Source: Candidatus Woesearchaeota archaeon
GTDB lineage: Archaea; Nanobdellota; Nanobdellia; Woesearchaeales; JASKKU01
NCBI GenBank assembly: GCA_030154045.1
Contig: JASKKU010000001.1
Span: 1,025 to 65,024 of the forward strand
Reading direction: 5' to 3'
DNA: 64,000 nt
Numbering within the stretch: position 1 is the first letter of the stretch; every line of letters begins with the position of its first letter. The notes beneath the pieces are model-generated. The model had not been told where the DNA came from. It made no database searches and saw nothing but the letters and a program-made list of their open reading frames with translations. A program made the position numbers and the translations under genes. This document shows positions 21,131 through 31,865 of this stretch, in pieces.

Positions 21131-22591
21131 TTAATCTATTTTTTCTTCTATCGCCATTAAAGATAAAACCCTTTGTGCATGTTCTAAGAACTGTTCCTCT
21201 TTCTCTATAGGTACAAAAGCTCCGGCAGCATTCTTATGCCCGCCGAATTCGTTTATTCCTAAACGCTCGCTTATCTGTTGTATAATCTCTTTTAAGTTAG
21301 AGTTTTCTTTTGTACTTCTCAAACTAGCCTTGATCAAGTTTTCCTCAGGAATTTGCGCTAAAGTGAGGATCATCAAATCATCTTCTGTATTCAAAGATTT
21401 TGATAAAATAGATGCAAAAGTTCCAATCATTGTATGTCTTATATTCTCTTTCCCATTCACTATCAAATAATTATTCCCTCTAATCACATATTCTGGATTA
21501 TCTTGATTTGCCCTGAACCAGCGCATCATTCTGATGATCTCTTTTTTATAATCTAATAACACCTGGTTAGAACGCTTCTTCAACCTTTCGTTATTTAAAC
21601 AAACTGCAATACCAATAGAAGCCTTGCCAAGTCTACCGCAGGCATTTAAAAAAGTTGCAAACTCCCTTGCATCTCTTAATTGTGAGCTTAAAGGTTCCTC
21701 AGTGATCTCATAAACAGGACCAATTATTTGCTCGGGATCATCTCGAGTATTTGCTAAAAGCATAACTAAGCCTGAAATCAACCTTTTCTTTTCGTCTTCA
21801 GAGAGGTCAACAAATTTCTTCCAGGAACCGTCTTTGTTCTGTAAAGGAATATTCAACCTCTTAAGAAACTGAATGGCATTACTTTCAGAACCACTCACTC
21901 CAGGAATATAAGGATCAGTAGAATACTCTAAAAGTTTATGTAACGGCCTAGAATGCGAACCATAGATCTTCAATCCAGGCTTTTCTATTAATTTACCGCT
22001 TTGAATCGCATGTTGTTTTATAATCTCGTTCAAACCAATAAAACCATTATTCTCTTGAATATCCCCTATCGCGCCAATAATTGCAAGATACGCTAATTCT
22101 TTATTAGAGTCATTCACAAAATAAGAAAACCAGTAGGAAACACCGCTCCCAGAGATCTCGCTGTTACCATCAATACCTTGCTTATGCGGATTCACTAAAA
22201 AAATATTTGAAGGCAACTCTAAGTTGTCAAGTTCAATCTCGTGGTGGTCCAAAATGAAAACTGCTTTCTTATCTTTAAGTGTTTCTTTTATCTCTTCAAG
22301 ATTTCCCGAACCTAAATCTGAGAATATAACAACCTCTGATGAATCTTTTTTAACCACATTAAGCAAAGTAGTATTAATTTTTTGAACAATAGACAAATTA
22401 TAAAGAATGCCCTCTTTATTCAACATCTTTACCAAGATAGCAGAAGATGAAATGCCATCAGCATCCAGATGAGATACAAGTCTAACTCTGTGCGGTTTTA
22501 AACTCTTAAAAGTTAGCGCTGCATTCTCAGCATCTTTCAAGAAAGTTTCAAAATTATTGCTTAAGTTAACCATCGCATTAAGAAAATTCAT
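21131..22591 (-). CDS. DHH/DHHA1 phosphoesterase, second RecJ-like paralog
   Basis: HLDADGISS, FILDHHE, GGHKNAAGA motifs. Confidence 0.65.
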   Translation of the reverse strand: MNFLNAMVNLSNNFETFLKDAENAALTFKSLKPHRVRLVSHLDADGISSSAILVKMLNKEGILYNLSIVQKINTTLLNVVKKDSSEVVIFSDLGSGNLEEIKETLKDKKAVFILDHHEIELDNLELPSNIFLVNPHKQGIDGNSEISGSGVSYWFSYFVNDSNKELAYLAIIGAIGDIQENNGFIGLNEIIKQHAIQSGKLIEKPGLKIYGSHSRPLHKLLEYSTDPYIPGVSGSESNAIQFLKRLNIPLQNKDGSWKKFVDLSEDEKKRLISGLVMLLANTRDDPEQIIGPVYEITEEPLSSQLRDAREFATFLNACGRLGKASIGIAVCLNNERLKKRSNQVLLDYKKEIIRMMRWFRANQDNPEYVIRGNNYLIVNGKENIRHTMIGTFASILSKSLNTEDDLMILTLAQIPEENLIKASLRSTKENSNLKEIIQQISERLGINEFGGHKNAAGAFVPIEKEEQFLEHAQRVLSLMAIEEKID

Positions 22592-22727
22592 TCAGCACTT
22601 TAAAAGGTTTGTTATACTTTTGTAATACTATTTTAATATAGATTTTAAGAAAGAAAATTTATAACGCTGCGTAAAAAACAAACACAAAACAAATCAAAAA
22701 ATTATAAAAGAAAAAGAAAAGCTAGGC

Positions 22728-23165
22728 TTACTTCCTAGCCTTCTCAATCTTGCCTTTTCTTAAGGCTTCCAAAGACTGGTCATTAACTTTAATAACTTTA
22801 AACCTAACTCCAGGAATATCTCCCATTGACCTGCCCATCTTACCGCCAATACGCTCGATTACAACTTCATCGTGTTCATCAACAAATTTAGTCGCACCAT
22901 CTCCTGGCAAGAATGCGGTCACGATTCTACCATTCTTTGTGAGTTGAACTTTAACACATTTTCTCATAGCTGAGTTAGGCTGTTTAGCTTCTAATTGAAC
23001 CTTTTCAACAACCAAACCTCTAGCCTGATGAGCTTTACCTAAAGGATCGAATTTCTCTTTAAGATTTAAAACTCTCTTAACATACTCTGAACTAGACCAT
23101 TTAAACTTCTTCCTCTTGTTTACAATTTTCTTAGCAGCAAATAAGCCGTTTGTTTTTTTTGCCAT
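22728..23165 (-). CDS. rps12: 30S ribosomal protein S12 (uS12)
   Basis: [23 protein letters not shown] and [10 protein letters not shown] signatures; probable start MAKKTNGLF, preceded by AGGTGA. Confidence 0.9.
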   Translation of the reverse strand: MAKKTNGLFAAKKIVNKRKKFKWSSSEYVKRVLNLKEKFDPLGKAHQARGLVVEKVQLEAKQPNSAMRKCVKVQLTKNGRIVTAFLPGDGATKFVDEHDEVVIERIGGKMGRSMGDIPGVRFKVIKVNDQSLEALRKGKIEKARK

Positions 23166-23174
23166 AATCTTCAC

Positions 23175-23597
23175 CTATATGACTTTTATCTCATTAACTT
23201 GTGGAAAGTATTTCTTTACGATTGATTCCAAGAACCTTAGGTTCTTAGCATTTCTTCCGATAAGCATTGACTTTTTCTGCCTATCGTTATCTTTTATAAT
23301 CACTAAACCATCATTAAACTCTACAGAGTTTACTTTTAGCGGATAAATGAGATTAGTTATAAATTTTTCTACATCTGGATTAAACTCCACAACCTTAATT
23401 TTTTTATTAATCAAAGAGGATGTTTTGTTAATATTGACCCCTCTCTTACCTATCGCTTTACTAGCTTCTCCAGGATACACTATGAAGATAAGATTCCCCA
23501 TTAGGTCTTCAAAGCAATCCTTAACTCTTGCTTGGGAAATTGATTCAAATAAATTAATATACCTTAAAAGATTTAAGTCAAGTTTTGTACGCGCCAT
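23175..23597 (-). CDS. nusA: archaeal NusA-like KH-domain transcription termination factor
   Basis: Two KH motifs (IGKRGVNINK, IGRNAKNLRFL); conserved position between L30e and S12. Confidence 0.85.
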   Translation of the reverse strand: MARTKLDLNLLRYINLFESISQARVKDCFEDLMGNLIFIVYPGEASKAIGKRGVNINKTSSLINKKIKVVEFNPDVEKFITNLIYPLKVNSVEFNDGLVIIKDNDRQKKSMLIGRNAKNLRFLESIVKKYFPQVNEIKVI

Positions 23598-23609
23598 TTG
23601 TTTCTCAGA

Positions 23610-23894
23610 TTATTTAGTTATTACTACTGTAGCTACATTGTGCTGCCTTCTGCACAAAATACCTAACTCCTTGCTATTTAGATTACTCTCTATAAAATCA
23701 ATTTTAGCCAAATCGCATAACTGCTTTAAAACATTCTTTCTGCTTTCTTCGCAAGTTGAAGATACAATAACTGCAGTTGCATTGCCTCCAACAACCGCCT
23801 CATGCACTTTATTAAACCCAAATATTAACTTGTTTTTATCTAAAGCTTCTCGAATACTTTTCTCCATATCTTTACTCTTCATTTGCATCACCAC
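23610..23894 (-). CDS. rpl30e: 50S ribosomal protein L30e
   Basis: [21 protein letters not shown] resembles the L30e/L7Ae fold signature; position after rpoA''. Confidence 0.85.
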   Translation of the reverse strand: MVMQMKSKDMEKSIREALDKNKLIFGFNKVHEAVVGGNATAVIVSSTCEESRKNVLKQLCDLAKIDFIESNLNSKELGILCRRQHNVATVVITK

Positions 23895-25074
23895 CTTGAT
23901 TTAGTTTAGTTAAATCCATAGAAATCTCAACCAAACCTGTACCAACGGGCAAGATTCCATTAACCATTACTCTATCATTTACGCTCTTGAACTCATCAAC
24001 CTCTCCAGATAATGCGGCCTCAGTAAGATGCCTAATTGGGGTTTCAAACGCAGCTCTAGAGAGTGCGCTACTTTTACTTTTAATAATCCCATATCTTGTA
24101 ATTCCTGAAATTTTGCCACTAACGCACATTGCATCAGAAATCAGTTGAATATGTCTTCCATCAACATTCAAACCTTGCTGTTCGATAAGTGAATAAATCT
24201 CATTAAATATGGCTTGCCTCGCAGCTTCGATTCCTAACACATCATAGATCTCAAAGATGTTGTTCGTAATTGTTCTGGAAGGGTCAACAAAATCCAAAGC
24301 AAGCACGGCTTTTAGATTTGAGCCTGCAGTCTTAATAACATACTCTCCATTTTCTAAAACAGGCAATACTTGAGTTATATTATGGATGCCGCCAACAACA
24401 ACATCTTTTATCTTCTCTTTGATTTTAAAAATAGGGTCAACCTCTTGTTCCTTTGAGAGGGATTCAGGAATCTTCAACACAATTTTGTCCTTCTCGAACA
24501 CAATATCTTTCTCACTAAGCCCCCGAATCTGTTTCTTTATTGCTTTCTTTATAACTGTTTGTTTAAGCTCCAACGCTTTTATTTTATCCATATCCAAAGT
24601 AATTTCCACCTTTTGGTCTGCCAAGTCAACATCAATCTGTGTAGCAATTTCGTTAAGATGAGTCTCCTTAATTCTGTTTGCAAAGTTCTTAACTTCTTCC
24701 TTGCTAGCCTTATCGTAAGGTGGTTTAAGGTAAATATTCATTGAGGGAGTTGACAGAGTTTTTCTAGCATCAACAACCTCAATAATTCTTGGCAAACCTA
24801 AAGTAACGTTCATTTCTGCAACTCCTGAGAAGTGCTTTGTATTCAGAGTCATCTGCGTTGCAGGTTCGCCAATAGATTGTGCTGCAATTAGACCAACAGC
24901 TTCGCCTGGCTCAACCAAACTTTGTTCGTACTCCTCTACAGCTAAATCTAAAATTTTCTTTAATTTGTCTTTTGATATCCTCTTAGGAACCTTTAATTTA
25001 ATCTCTTCTAAAAGATTCTCGGGAAGTTTTCCCGAATATTCCTCAAAAATTTGAGCATTAGTCATGTGTTTCAC
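23872..25074 (-). CDS. rpoA2: DNA-directed RNA polymerase subunit A''
   Basis: Homology to the Rpb1 C-terminal region ([16 protein letters not shown], trigger-loop region); 400 aa. Confidence 0.9.
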   Translation of the reverse strand: MKHMTNAQIFEEYSGKLPENLLEEIKLKVPKRISKDKLKKILDLAVEEYEQSLVEPGEAVGLIAAQSIGEPATQMTLNTKHFSGVAEMNVTLGLPRIIEVVDARKTLSTPSMNIYLKPPYDKASKEEVKNFANRIKETHLNEIATQIDVDLADQKVEITLDMDKIKALELKQTVIKKAIKKQIRGLSEKDIVFEKDKIVLKIPESLSKEQEVDPIFKIKEKIKDVVVGGIHNITQVLPVLENGEYVIKTAGSNLKAVLALDFVDPSRTITNNIFEIYDVLGIEAARQAIFNEIYSLIEQQGLNVDGRHIQLISDAMCVSGKISGITRYGIIKSKSSALSRAAFETPIRHLTEAALSGEVDEFKSVNDRVMVNGILPVGTGLVEISMDLTKLNQGGDANEE

Positions 25075-27664
25075 CTTCCAAAACAGATGTTATAATTCCA
25101 TCAACATCAATGCTTCCTGCAAAAGATTTCGCAACATCAATTCCGTCACCGCCGTAAGAGAATTGAACAATTGTTCCAGAAGCGTTTCTTATTGAACCGT
25201 CAGGCCTTACAATAAGGTCAGTCAATGCATTGGATAGTCTTCTATACAAGTAACCAGACTTAGGCGTTCTCAACGCAGTATCCATCAAAGAGTCTCTTCC
25301 AGTCATAGCTGCATAGAAGAACTCATGAGGTTTCAGTCCTTGTTTAAAACCATTCTTAATAAAACCTCTTGCTTCAGGACTTAAGTCTCCTTTCTCAAAA
25401 CATGAAAGAGATCTTCCATGATATCCTCTGTCTATTCTCTTACCTCTCAAAGCCTGCTGTCCTACAAAAGATGAAATCTGAATCAAGTTTAACAAGCTAC
25501 CTCTTGCTCCGCTAAGAGCAAGCAATAAAGTGTTATTCTTCTCAAGAGATATTGTTTCTTTCACAACATCCTCTGCATCGTTCCTTACTTGATTAAGTCT
25601 ATTAAGCAATAACAATTCTAAAGTTTCTTCAACAGTTCTTCCAGGATATGGTTCAAGTTCGCCCTTCCTGTATTTCTCTATAAGTTCTTCACTGTCTTTC
25701 TTTGCTTCTTCCAAGAGTGCTTTAATCTTGTTTTTGGCTTCTTCTGGCAGATCAGTATCTGAAACATAAATAGAAAAGCCGTACTTCATCAGCACAGCGA
25801 TACCTAACCTAATAACTCTTCCCATAAACCTTAAAGTTTCTTCTGCACCGTATTTCTTGCTGAAAGCTCTCAACAACAAACCAGCACCTTGACCAAGGTT
25901 GGCCTTATCCATAACACCTTTGATTATTTTACCTTTCTTTATAACCAACTCAGGTTCGTCTTTATCTTTGGTTTTACCAACATAATCAAAATCTTTGGGT
26001 AAGAGTACACTAAACACTTCCTTACCACTTACATACTCTTTCTTAAGAACATCTTTAATATCAAACACTTCAGCATTAACTAATAAATCAACTGCATCTT
26101 TTTTTGGAATCTTTGTCAATCTCTTTGTCAAAAGATAACAACCGCTAATAGCATCTTGAATAGCTCCAATAATAGTTAAACCATCTCTTGGCGAAATCAT
26201 CTGATGAGGAATCAACATCAGAGTTTCTGCCTCTAATCTAGCCTCTTCAGTTTGCGGCACATGCAGATTCATTTCATCCCCATCAAAATCAGCATTGTAA
26301 GGCCTACAAACTGCAGGATTTAATCTAAAAGTTAAACCGTCAAGAACTCTAACCCTGTGAGCCATCATACTTAATCTATGCAAAGATGGCTGTCTGTTAA
26401 ATAAAACAACATCTCCATCTAAGAGATGTCTTTCTACAATATATCCTGGTTGAATCTCTTCAAGCAATGCTTCTTTAGTTTCTTCAGTAATCTTCTTTTT
26501 CTTACCGTCAGGCCTTATTAAATAATTAGCCCCTGGATATTTCTTTGGACCTCGCTTAATAAACTCTTTTAGATATTCAATATTCCATTCTGTTACTCTT
26601 TGAGGCACAGTAAGTTTCATAGCGACTTCGTAAGGTACGCCAACCTCATCAGGTTCTATTAATGGGTCGGGGGAAATCACTGTTCTTGCTGAGAAATTAG
26701 TTCTTTTACCTAAAAGGTTATGCCTAATCCTTCCTTCTTTAGAAGAGATTCTATCAACAAGTGTTTTCAAAGGAACACCACTTCTATGTCTTGCAATAGG
26801 TAATTTCGGAAGATTATTATTATAGAAAGTAGCAATATGATACTGTAACAAATCCCAAAGGTCTTCCACAATAATTTCAGGAGCTCCGGCATTTATGTTT
26901 TCAAACAATCTCTGATTAATTCTTACCACATCAACGAGCTTGTGTGTTAAATCATCCTCACTCTTTTCTCCGTTTTCTAAAGTAATCGAAGGCCTAACGG
27001 TTACAGGAGGTATTGGGAAAATTGTAAGCACTAACCATTCAGGTCTTGATGTTTCAGGATTTAGACCAAAGAATTTCAAGTCTGAATCAGGAATTCTCTC
27101 CAACCAACTCCTGATTTCGACACTATTCATCCTTCTGCCGTTGATCAAGAAGGTATATGGCTTCTCTAACTTTATCTTATCCTGCTTAGTACCACAGTGA
27201 GGACATTTAGATATGTGCTTTATCTCTGAAATAATCTTTGACAAGGTTGCTAACCTCTCCTCAATACCGCCCTCTTCCTCTACGCGTTTTAATTCCGCCT
27301 CATACTTCTTTAAAGATTCGTTATCTAACAAAATTCTTCCACAGTTCCTACAAGTTGACCTCAACAAAGAATAAATCTCATTTACAAAAAGAACATTAAT
27401 AACAGGCCTTGCCAGAGGCATATAACCAAAGTGTCCTGGACACTCATTCATCCTGCCGCCACAAGTTTTACACCTCAACCCTGGATCAACAACACCCATC
27501 CGAGTATCCATTAAACCGCCATCAACAGGATAACCTTCTTTATCATAAAGCTCTGGAGTAACAACTTTAACAGCAGCCATCTGTTTTATCTGAGCTGGGT
27601 TCCAGACCCCAAAATTTATCCTTGAAATATAAAACTCTCTAAGCTCGTTTTTCATAAAAATCAC
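25058..27664 (-). CDS. rpoA1: DNA-directed RNA polymerase subunit A'
   Basis: Zn-binding N-terminus and catalytic NADFDGDEM motif; 868 aa. Confidence 0.95.
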   Translation of the reverse strand: MIFMKNELREFYISRINFGVWNPAQIKQMAAVKVVTPELYDKEGYPVDGGLMDTRMGVVDPGLRCKTCGGRMNECPGHFGYMPLARPVINVLFVNEIYSLLRSTCRNCGRILLDNESLKKYEAELKRVEEEGGIEERLATLSKIISEIKHISKCPHCGTKQDKIKLEKPYTFLINGRRMNSVEIRSWLERIPDSDLKFFGLNPETSRPEWLVLTIFPIPPVTVRPSITLENGEKSEDDLTHKLVDVVRINQRLFENINAGAPEIIVEDLWDLLQYHIATFYNNNLPKLPIARHRSGVPLKTLVDRISSKEGRIRHNLLGKRTNFSARTVISPDPLIEPDEVGVPYEVAMKLTVPQRVTEWNIEYLKEFIKRGPKKYPGANYLIRPDGKKKKITEETKEALLEEIQPGYIVERHLLDGDVVLFNRQPSLHRLSMMAHRVRVLDGLTFRLNPAVCRPYNADFDGDEMNLHVPQTEEARLEAETLMLIPHQMISPRDGLTIIGAIQDAISGCYLLTKRLTKIPKKDAVDLLVNAEVFDIKDVLKKEYVSGKEVFSVLLPKDFDYVGKTKDKDEPELVIKKGKIIKGVMDKANLGQGAGLLLRAFSKKYGAEETLRFMGRVIRLGIAVLMKYGFSIYVSDTDLPEEAKNKIKALLEEAKKDSEELIEKYRKGELEPYPGRTVEETLELLLLNRLNQVRNDAEDVVKETISLEKNNTLLLALSGARGSLLNLIQISSFVGQQALRGKRIDRGYHGRSLSCFEKGDLSPEARGFIKNGFKQGLKPHEFFYAAMTGRDSLMDTALRTPKSGYLYRRLSNALTDLIVRPDGSIRNASGTIVQFSYGGDGIDVAKSFAGSIDVDGIITSVLEGETHD

Positions 27665-27670
27665 CTGGGT

Positions 27671-29482
27671 TTAAACTTTTTTATCCAAGCCCAATCTTGG
27701 CAAAATTTGCATAGACTTCAATTCGTCTAAAAACAATTTAAAAGCATAACTTGTTTGTACGAAAACAACATTTGACTTATCTCCACAAACAGGACAATAC
27801 GCTCTGTCTTTAATAACGTCATAAACTGCAATATTACCACAATTCTCACACACCGGAATAGTTGTATTATCTGAACTAAATCTCTCCTTTAAAACCATTG
27901 CAGCACCATGCGCGACAAAAGCATCCTTCTCCATTTCTCCTAATCTTAAACCACCCTCTCTCGAACGTCCTTCAGTAGGCTGTCTTGTAAGAATTTGTAC
28001 TGGACCTCTTGCTCTCGCCTGAATCTTGTTAGAAACAAGGTGTTTCAATCTTAGATAATACATTGAACCTATGAAGATTGTAACTTTATACATCTCTCCG
28101 GTTACTGGATTATACATAGTCTCAACACCATTCTCTCTAAAACCTAATTCTTGCAATTCCTTCCTCAAATCAAACTCAGATTCTGATTCAAAAGGCGTAC
28201 CATCAACGAATCTTCCATTCAAAGCTCCAACCTTGCCAGCAATCATCTCAATCATATGAGAGAAAGTCATTCTTGACGGCAAACTGTTGTGTGAGAAGAT
28301 AATATCAGGAACGATGCCAGATTCTGTAAAAGGCATATCTTCAGGGTCAACAATTAAACCGACAACACCTTTCTGACCATGCCTTGAAATAAACTTATCG
28401 CCAATTTCTGGAATCTTTAGGTCTCTAATCTTAATCTTAACCATTTTATTTCCTTCACTGCTTTCAGTAATAATTACAGAATCAACAATACCTTTTTCGC
28501 CGTGTTTCAAATAAACAGAAGATTCTCTGTCACCTTCAGATAGAAGTTCATACTCTTCTCCTGCTGAAAGAAATCGTGGAGGACTAACCTTACCAACCAA
28601 AACATCGTTCTCCGCAACATGAACTTCTGGACTAATAATACCATCTTCCTCGAGGTATCTATAATCATACTCAGACCTGTATCCTAAAACATCTTTGTCT
28701 GGAATTGTAATAGTATCATGTAAACCCCCAGGATACTTCAACTCTTCTGTAGATTCAACCCTATAATAATGGCTCCTGCCAAAACCCCTATCAATAGACC
28801 CTCTGTTAATAACGATAGCATCTTCCATATTATAACCCAAATAAGTCCCAACAGCAACAACCACATTTTGTCCTACGGGATGGTAATCTATGCCCGAAAC
28901 ATCTTCAGTTGCAGTCTTAAAAATAGGTTTTTGAGGATAATGCAAAGTATGTACATCCATGTCGAAACGGATATTATAATTCAGAGCATAGACGCCTACT
29001 GCCTGCTTTTGATTTTTAGCACCCACAGACATCCTTGCTCCTGGAGAATGGTTTATATCAGGAACTAATGAACCAGCCCATCCAAAAATGCCGAACGGTG
29101 CAATCTCCAAATGAGTATGCTTCTCAGTCAAATCTTCAGGTGTAATAGCAACCAAAGCATTTTCCTCCTCAGAGGCATCCAAGTATTCAATAATACCTTG
29201 CTTAATCAAATCATCCCATGAAATTTCGCCTTTTTCTAATTTTTTAATATGTTCGTCGGTAAGCAAAGGCTTACCATCTTTAACCACTATCAAAGGTCTC
29301 ATCACTCTGCCACTATCAGCTTCAATAAACACAGAATCATGAACTTCATCGTAAGAAATACTTACTGTAGCATCGACCTTTCCACTTCTTCTTAAAGACC
29401 TAAATTTCTCAACAAAACATTGAGCATCATCTGTTGAGCCTACAAACTTTCCATTTAGATAAACATCAACCATATTATTCAC
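27671..29482 (-). CDS. rpoB1: DNA-directed RNA polymerase subunit B' (C-terminal part of the split B)
   Basis: GDKFSSRHGQKGVVG and C-terminal CxxC...CxxC zinc motif. Confidence 0.95.
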   Translation of the reverse strand: MNNMVDVYLNGKFVGSTDDAQCFVEKFRSLRRSGKVDATVSISYDEVHDSVFIEADSGRVMRPLIVVKDGKPLLTDEHIKKLEKGEISWDDLIKQGIIEYLDASEEENALVAITPEDLTEKHTHLEIAPFGIFGWAGSLVPDINHSPGARMSVGAKNQKQAVGVYALNYNIRFDMDVHTLHYPQKPIFKTATEDVSGIDYHPVGQNVVVAVGTYLGYNMEDAIVINRGSIDRGFGRSHYYRVESTEELKYPGGLHDTITIPDKDVLGYRSEYDYRYLEEDGIISPEVHVAENDVLVGKVSPPRFLSAGEEYELLSEGDRESSVYLKHGEKGIVDSVIITESSEGNKMVKIKIRDLKIPEIGDKFISRHGQKGVVGLIVDPEDMPFTESGIVPDIIFSHNSLPSRMTFSHMIEMIAGKVGALNGRFVDGTPFESESEFDLRKELQELGFRENGVETMYNPVTGEMYKVTIFIGSMYYLRLKHLVSNKIQARARGPVQILTRQPTEGRSREGGLRLGEMEKDAFVAHGAAMVLKERFSSDNTTIPVCENCGNIAVYDVIKDRAYCPVCGDKSNVVFVQTSYAFKLFLDELKSMQILPRLGLDKKV

Positions 29483-31035
29483 CCATCAATCCTCTTTAAA
29501 CCAATATTTGATAAAGATGACAAAACAGAAGCCTCATCTGAAGATTCGGAAATCTTAGCAAAGATTGCTAAGTTTTTCTTAAGACCGATATTTGTACCTT
29601 CAGGAGTTTCCACAGGGCAAAGCCTGCCAAAATGCGTTCCGTGCAGTTCTCTGGCTGCAAAATTTTCTTCTGAAGAAGATAAAGGACTCACAACCCTTTG
29701 TAGATGGCTTAAAGACTCAAGATAATTTAACCTCATCATTCTCTGACTGATTCCCGTCCTTCCACCGACCCAGTTACCTGTAGCCATCGCACTATAAATT
29801 CTAGAAGTCAATAACTGGTTCCTTACCACTACGCTAAAAGAAGGGAACTTTCCTCTCTTAACAATCCTCTGGAAATTATACAAAACATCATTAATCAGAG
29901 TTGTCAAAGAAGATTGGAACAGGTCTGCCAAAAGCTCTCCTGCCAATTTTAGCCTCTTGTTTTTATAATGGTCTTTATCATCTTCGGGCAGATAGCCGTG
30001 AGAAACCAACAAAAACGACCTAACTAACCTGCATAAATTATGGGCTTTCATCAACCTATATTTCTCATCCCTACCAACATGAGGCAAGAACAAATTGTCA
30101 ATCAAGTTTGCTGTTCTTTCTAATCTCACTTCACGGGATTGGTTAATGCCGATAAGTTTTGAGATTTTGTCCATCGCCTCTTCTGAATCCTTAACTTCTA
30201 CAGCTTCATAAAGATTAGCAACAAGTTCTGGAAAATCATAACCTCTTGAAATAGATTCCATAATCTCTTGATCATTTGTCATACCCAAAGCTTTAAGCAA
30301 CAGCACAAAAGGAATCCTGTTTGCCCTAGAGAACGAAACATAAACAATTCCATCATTTAATTGTTCAAGGGTTGTAGGTATCCTGTATGAACCAAAAGTT
30401 GAAAATATTTTGCCTACGTATTTACTAGGTCCAGTTGATGTTGATTGTACTGTAAAATGGTTTGGAGCTAAGTCTTCAACAGCTACAAGAACCCTCTCAG
30501 TTCCATTAATGATAAAATAACCTCCTGGATCATAAGGATCCTCGCCTTTCTCGATTAACTCATCCTTGCTTAAACCTCTTAACAAACAATACTTTGACCT
30601 CAACATTATAGGAAGCATACCTATGTTTCGCTCAACAGTTTCTGTTAGCTTGCCGTCAACATATGTTTTAAAAGTAAGAAAAATTGGTGCTGCATAAGTC
30701 AAATTCCTAATTCTTGCTTCAGAAGGATAAAGCAATCTCTCTGAACCTTCGGCTTCAATGGTGATAGGCTTCCCAATTCTAACCTCCCCCAAAACAACCT
30801 TTAACTCTTCTACATTTGGCGGAATAATTGTTGGTTCAATCGTACCTACTTGGTCAACTATCTGCTGCATTCCCTCGTCAACAAACCATTCAAAAGACTT
30901 TATTGAGGAATCCACCAAACCTTTATCTTTAAAAATCGATTTTAATAAAATTCTAGAAGCTTTATTCACGGACAACCACCCTGTAATATATTGATGGCCC
31001 TCTGTAAGGGCATTTTCGGTAGATTTTAACAACAT
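29479..31035 (-). CDS. rpoB2: DNA-directed RNA polymerase subunit B'' (N-terminal part of the split B)
   Basis: Rpb2 N-terminal lobe/protrusion homology; the annotated start overlaps rpoH by 74 nt, so the real start may be an internal or non-ATG codon. Confidence 0.88.
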   Translation of the reverse strand: MLLKSTENALTEGHQYITGWLSVNKASRILLKSIFKDKGLVDSSIKSFEWFVDEGMQQIVDQVGTIEPTIIPPNVEELKVVLGEVRIGKPITIEAEGSERLLYPSEARIRNLTYAAPIFLTFKTYVDGKLTETVERNIGMLPIMLRSKYCLLRGLSKDELIEKGEDPYDPGGYFIINGTERVLVAVEDLAPNHFTVQSTSTGPSKYVGKIFSTFGSYRIPTTLEQLNDGIVYVSFSRANRIPFVLLLKALGMTNDQEIMESISRGYDFPELVANLYEAVEVKDSEEAMDKISKLIGINQSREVRLERTANLIDNLFLPHVGRDEKYRLMKAHNLCRLVRSFLLVSHGYLPEDDKDHYKNKRLKLAGELLADLFQSSLTTLINDVLYNFQRIVKRGKFPSFSVVVRNQLLTSRIYSAMATGNWVGGRTGISQRMMRLNYLESLSHLQRVVSPLSSSEENFAARELHGTHFGRLCPVETPEGTNIGLKKNLAIFAKISESSDEASVLSSLSNIGLKRIDG

Positions 31036-31210
31036 CCCCTGGTTTAAGACCCATGTCCTTTATAGCAGGGTCTGTTATAAGGATCTTTGGAAGGTCCCAC
31101 ACAGAAATATCATACTTCTTGATAAGAGCATCTAATTCTTTTTTACCTACTTTTTCATGCTTAAAAGATAGAAAATGTTTGCTAACATCTAAATTTGCCA
31201 TATTTTTCAC
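30962..31210 (-). CDS. rpoH: DNA-directed RNA polymerase subunit H (Rpb5-like)
   Basis: 82 aa; KILITDPAIKDMGLKPGDVVKIYRKCPYRGPSIYYRVVV is the RpoH signature. Confidence 0.8.
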   Translation of the reverse strand: MKNMANLDVSKHFLSFKHEKVGKKELDALIKKYDISVWDLPKILITDPAIKDMGLKPGDVVKIYRKCPYRGPSIYYRVVVRE

Positions 31211-31226
31211 CAGCAGAGTGTATGAG

Positions 31227-31300
31227 TGAGCTGGACGGGATTTGAACCCGCGACCCCCAGGTTAAAAGCCTGGTGCTCTTCCAAGCTAAGCTACCAGCTC
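31227..31300 (-). tRNA. tRNA-Lys (anticodon TTT)
   Basis: Reverse complement folds: acceptor GAGCTGG/CCAGCTC, anticodon stem CCAGG/CCTGG with loop CTTTTAA, T-arm GCGGGTTCAAATCCCGT. Confidence 0.8.
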
Positions 31301-31306
31301 ATAAGA

Positions 31307-31379
31307 CGCCTTGGCCGGGATTCGAACCCGGGTCTCAGCCTCGACAGGGCTGAATGCTAGGCCTCTACACTACCAAGGC
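31307..31379 (-). tRNA. tRNA-Asp (anticodon GTC)
   Basis: Acceptor GCCTTGG/CCAAGGC, anticodon stem CAGCC/GGCTG with loop CTGTCGA, T-arm CCGGGTTCGAATCCCGG. Confidence 0.8.
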
Positions 31380-31489
31380 TTCTTATGTGTGGGAAAACCC
31401 AAGCCATTTATAAAACTTATCTTTTAAAAAACAAGCTTTAGCATAAAACTTTCGAATCACAATCAACAATGCATAAAAATAACAAAAAG

Positions 31490-31609
31490 TCCCCGCCCCC
31501 GGACTTGAACCGGGAACCTTTCGGTTTCGGCTGTCTTCACGTCATCCAATTCCAAAGAACCGTCTTGAAGAATCTACAGCCGAACGCTCTACCATTGAGC
31601 TAGGCGGGG
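31490..31609 (-). tRNA. tRNA-Tyr (anticodon GTA) with a ~48-nt intron at the canonical 37/38 position
   Basis: Acceptor CCCCGCC/GGCGGGG (C1:G72, the archaeal/eukaryal Tyr identity pair), D-arm GCTCAATGGTAGAGC, anticodon stem TTCGG...CCGAA with loop CTGTAG|intron|A, T-arm CCCGGTTCAAGTCCGGG. Confidence 0.75.
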
Positions 31610-31865
31610 CATAACAAGCTCATATGGAAAAAAGGGCTATTTATAAAATTTTTTATTATAAATCCAACTGATAAAAAACAGAAAAGCAGCTCTCTGGAAA
31701 TAATAACTTAACCAAACTTAAACAAAAAATATAAAAAACGTCTAAAACAGAAAACCAAAAACAGAAGGAAAATAACAAAACAGAATATAAAGCCAAGGCT
31801 ATAAATTAAAGCTATAAAAAGTTTTAAATAATTTGAATATTGTGTTATCTTTAAGTGTCTAGAAA

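Noticed and set aside
30962-31035. 74-nt overlap between rpoH and the annotated start of rpoB''
   Set aside because: Probably an over-extended rpoB'' start, with the true start an internal non-ATG codon nearer the conserved FKDKGLV region. This is not strong enough to claim programmed overlap or frameshifting.
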